The position numbers and the translations under genes are program-made. Below, piece after piece: positions 61,474-64,000 of a stretch of 64,000 nucleotides of DNA. Below the pieces are notes generated by a model. That model saw only the letters and a list, made by a program, of their open reading frames with translations, was not told the origin of the DNA and made no database searches. The DNA comes from an uncultured Gemmatimonadales bacterium (GTDB lineage Bacteria; Gemmatimonadota; Gemmatimonadetes; Gemmatimonadales; GWC2-71-9): NCBI GenBank assembly GCA_963842945.1, contig CAWJIM010000019.1, forward strand, positions 352,001 through 416,000. Direction: 5' to 3'. The first letter of the stretch is position 1; every line of letters starts with the position of its first letter.

Positions 61474-62395
61474 GCCGGGCCGCGGATGGTCCGGCCTGGA
61501 AGACCATTCTCGCTTTCGCCGCCATCTACTTCCTCTGGGGCGGAAGCTTCCTGGCCATCCGGGTGGGGGTGCAGGAGGTGCCGCCCCTCCTCTTCGCCGC
61601 GCTCCGATTCCTCGCCGCCGGCCTCATCCTCTCCTGCTGGGCCTTGAGCCGACGCCAGGCCTTGCCCACCCGGGAGCAGTGGGCCTCGGTGTCGCTGCTG
61701 GCGTTTCTGATCTTCGTGCTGGACTACGGATTCCTCTTTTGGGCCGAGCAGCGGGTGCCCTCCGGCGTGGCGGCGGTGATGCTGGCGTTGATCCCCGCGT
61801 TCACCGCGTTGTCCGAAATCGTCTTGCTGGGCACCCAGCGGCTCACGCTCCGGCTGGCGTTGGCACTGGCCATCGGGATCGCCGGGGTCGCGGTGCTCAT
61901 GAGCCGCTCTCTCGAGCTGGGCGGCGCGCCGGTCGACCGGCTCGGGGCCGCGGCGCTGATCTTCGCGGCGCTCAGCTGGTCGGTGGCCTCGGCGCTGTCC
62001 CGGAAGGTGAAGCTGCCGGAGTCCAAGGTCATGAGCTCGGGCGCGCAGATGCTGGTGGGCGGCGGATTTCTGGGCCTGGGGGCCGCCGCCCTGGGTCAGC
62101 TGGGCGGGTTTCATCCGGCCGCTGTTCCGCCCCGGGCCTGGATCGCACTTCTGTACCTGATCGTTCCCGCCTCGATCATCGCGTTCACCGCCTATGTCTG
62201 GCTGATCCAGCGCGAGTCGCCCACCAAGGTGGGGACCTATGCCTACGTCAATCCGGTGGTGGCGGTGCTGCTGGGGCACTTCGTGGCGGGGGAGGCGCTC
62301 GACCTGAGAACCGTGCTGGGAACGGTCTGCGTGCTGATCAGCGTCCTGGTGATCACGTTGACCCGTAACTCGCGCGGACGACGGCTGTTTCCTGA
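61470..62395 (+). CDS. EamA/DMT family transporter (3' end uncertain)
   Basis: IYFLWGGSFLAI, LRFLAAG, AEQRVPSG and TYAYVNPVVAV. The GTG start overlaps the NPP stop. Confidence 0.88.
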
Positions 62396-62398
62396 AGT

Positions 62399-62728
62399 TC
62401 AGCCGCAGGTGATTGCGAAGTCTACGATGGTGGTGTTCGGGGCGGTGACGCTCACGGTGCGCGGGTTGTCACCGGCGGCGGTGCAGCCGGCGGGCAGGGC
62501 GAGCTGCACGACGTGGGAGCCCTCATCTACGTCGCTGATGGTGAGCGTGGCGCTGGGCCCGATCACCCGGGGAGACGCCCCGTCTACGATAATGGTGAAT
62601 TCTCCAGGCGGGGTTCCGGTCGTTACCGTGGTGATCTGGAGCGTGCCGACAGCGGGCGCCAGGGTGCCGTCGTCGTCACCGCAGGCCACCACCCAGAATG
62701 CCGCCGCCAGCAGGAATAGCCGTCGCAT
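62399..62728 (-). CDS. Small lipoprotein
   Basis: MRRLFLLAAAFWVVAC signal followed by a beta-rich domain with two Cys. Confidence 0.7.
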   Translation of the reverse strand: MRRLFLLAAAFWVVACGDDDGTLAPAVGTLQITTVTTGTPPGEFTIIVDGASPRVIGPSATLTISDVDEGSHVVQLALPAGCTAAGDNPRTVSVTAPNTTIVDFAITCG

Positions 62729-63464
62729 GAGTCTCTGCCCTTCTTCTGAATGTTCTGTGCCAGGGACTGCTGGCATCCGGCGGCGATGGATTACGGGATG
62801 ACGTCGCCGCTTCTGAGGCATAGCAAGTCCGAATTCGTCAAAAGAGGACCACTGTCCCTTTTCGAGGCTCCGACCTTCGTGTCCAGCGAGCAAGACCTAA
62901 ATCTCGTTCCGAGCCCGTGTAGACCACAGCGATCTCGAGTCGCGACCAGGCCACGCTGTACTCGTCAGCTCGTGATGTCACCGGCTGACTCCGTCGATGC
63001 CACGGATCGCGCGATGTATCGAGGACTGCCATTGCATCGCCCCGGCTCGCATCGTAGTTCGACTGGTAGCAGCTGTACTTCTCCCGGCCCTTATGTAGCA
63101 TCAGAGCTCGATCGTGTCCGGCAGTGCCGTCTCGTAAGTCATCCGTCTGCCGCTCGTATTCCGACCGACGCGCATCGTAAACCGACCCAGCCAGATTGTA
63201 TTTGCACCATCGCGGCTTCGCACCCACTTGACTCGGCTTCAGTTGCCGCGCTGCCGGAAAAGAGTCAAGCTCCTCATTCGACTGCCAGATCGTGTGGTCC
63301 CCGAAAATCGTCATCGAGGGACAATGAAACTTCTGGCACGATCTACGCATCTACATGGCGCGCCGAGCGAAGTCGGCGTCGCTCGGACACACGTCGTTCA
63401 CCCTTCACGTGTGCCGCTGCGACGAGCCGACCACCGCAGGGACCAAAGTCGGAGGGAGCTTCGT

Positions 63465-64000
63465 ATGAATCGCAAGTACGCGGAGTCGGCTGGAGATGGG
63501 TGCGCGCGCACTGGAGTTCAGCCGGGCCCACCCGACGAGAGTTCGGGGTACGCCACCGCGCTCAAAGAGCTGGAAGCGCAGCTGGCCCGCTCCAACCAGC
63601 TCGCAGAGGAGCAGAGAATCCGGCACGGTCGAAGTCCGCGCCGCCTCAGCCCGCAAGAGGGCACTCCAGCGGTCGATTCGGCGGAGCCAGCTGGTCCACC
63701 TGGCCCGGGTAGCCCAGCGGGCGACAAAGGAGGTTCCCGAGCTGGCGAAGAAGTTTGACCTGCCCCGGCTGCCAAACAGATACCTTCCATTCAAGAATGT
63801 TGCCCGCGCCATGGTGGTTGAGGCGCACCAGCAGAAGGAGCTCCTGGTGAAGCACGGCTTGGTGGAAAGGGTACTCGACGGCCTGCGGCCAATCCCTCAC
63901 GAGTTCGATCAGGTGGTTGAGCGGGGGCAGAGGGCCGGCGGCTCCACATCGGCGCCGCGGCCAATCTGGATGTTGTCGCCGACGAGGTCGTGCAGATCGT
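63465..64000 (+). CDS. Helical hypothetical protein, multiply frameshifted, runs off the window
   Basis: GGAGG RBS and ATG. Stitched frames give RSRLEMGARALEFSRAHP / DESSGYATALKELEAQL / EVRAASARKRALQRSIRRSQLVHLARVA... Confidence 0.55.

Noticed and set aside
60252..62801. Apparent 849-aa phosphodiesterase-EamA fusion
   Set aside because: The true NPP C-terminus (GMHGY...PNDGS*) is in another frame ending at 61473, so the fusion is a frameshift artifact.

Overview
A GC-rich bacterial chromosomal segment. Gene content and style suggest Gemmatimonadota, which is an inference. About 15 genes are broken by small indels that look like long-read assembly errors. Core genes include hemH, hemA, gyrA, a selenocysteine-containing selD, rnhA, thyX, an EF-G paralog, gltS, a thiolase and 3-hydroxybutyryl-CoA dehydrogenase. 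I found no rRNA, tRNA, CRISPR array or intact mobile element. The best candidate for an undescribed system is a minus-strand cluster at about 45.1-51.0 kb. Two exported ZU5-like lipoproteins both end in HFSRYAVAY-stop, with an HFS autoproteolysis-type motif 7 residues from the C-terminus. They are followed by a TPR protein, a hidden degenerate third copy ending SRYAVSY-stop whose stop overlaps the start of a TPR-HD-GYP phosphodiesterase, and a peptide ABC substrate-binding protein. This layout suggests signalling to c-di-GMP by a self-released peptide. Other highlights are an operon of two Ddl-like ATP-grasp ligases, a GNAT and a lysine 2,3-aminomutase; an animal-type [2Fe-2S] ferrochelatase; a histone H1-like basic repeat protein; an ECF sigma/anti-sigma/HEAT-repeat module with matching promoters; and a family of inverted heptamer arrays.
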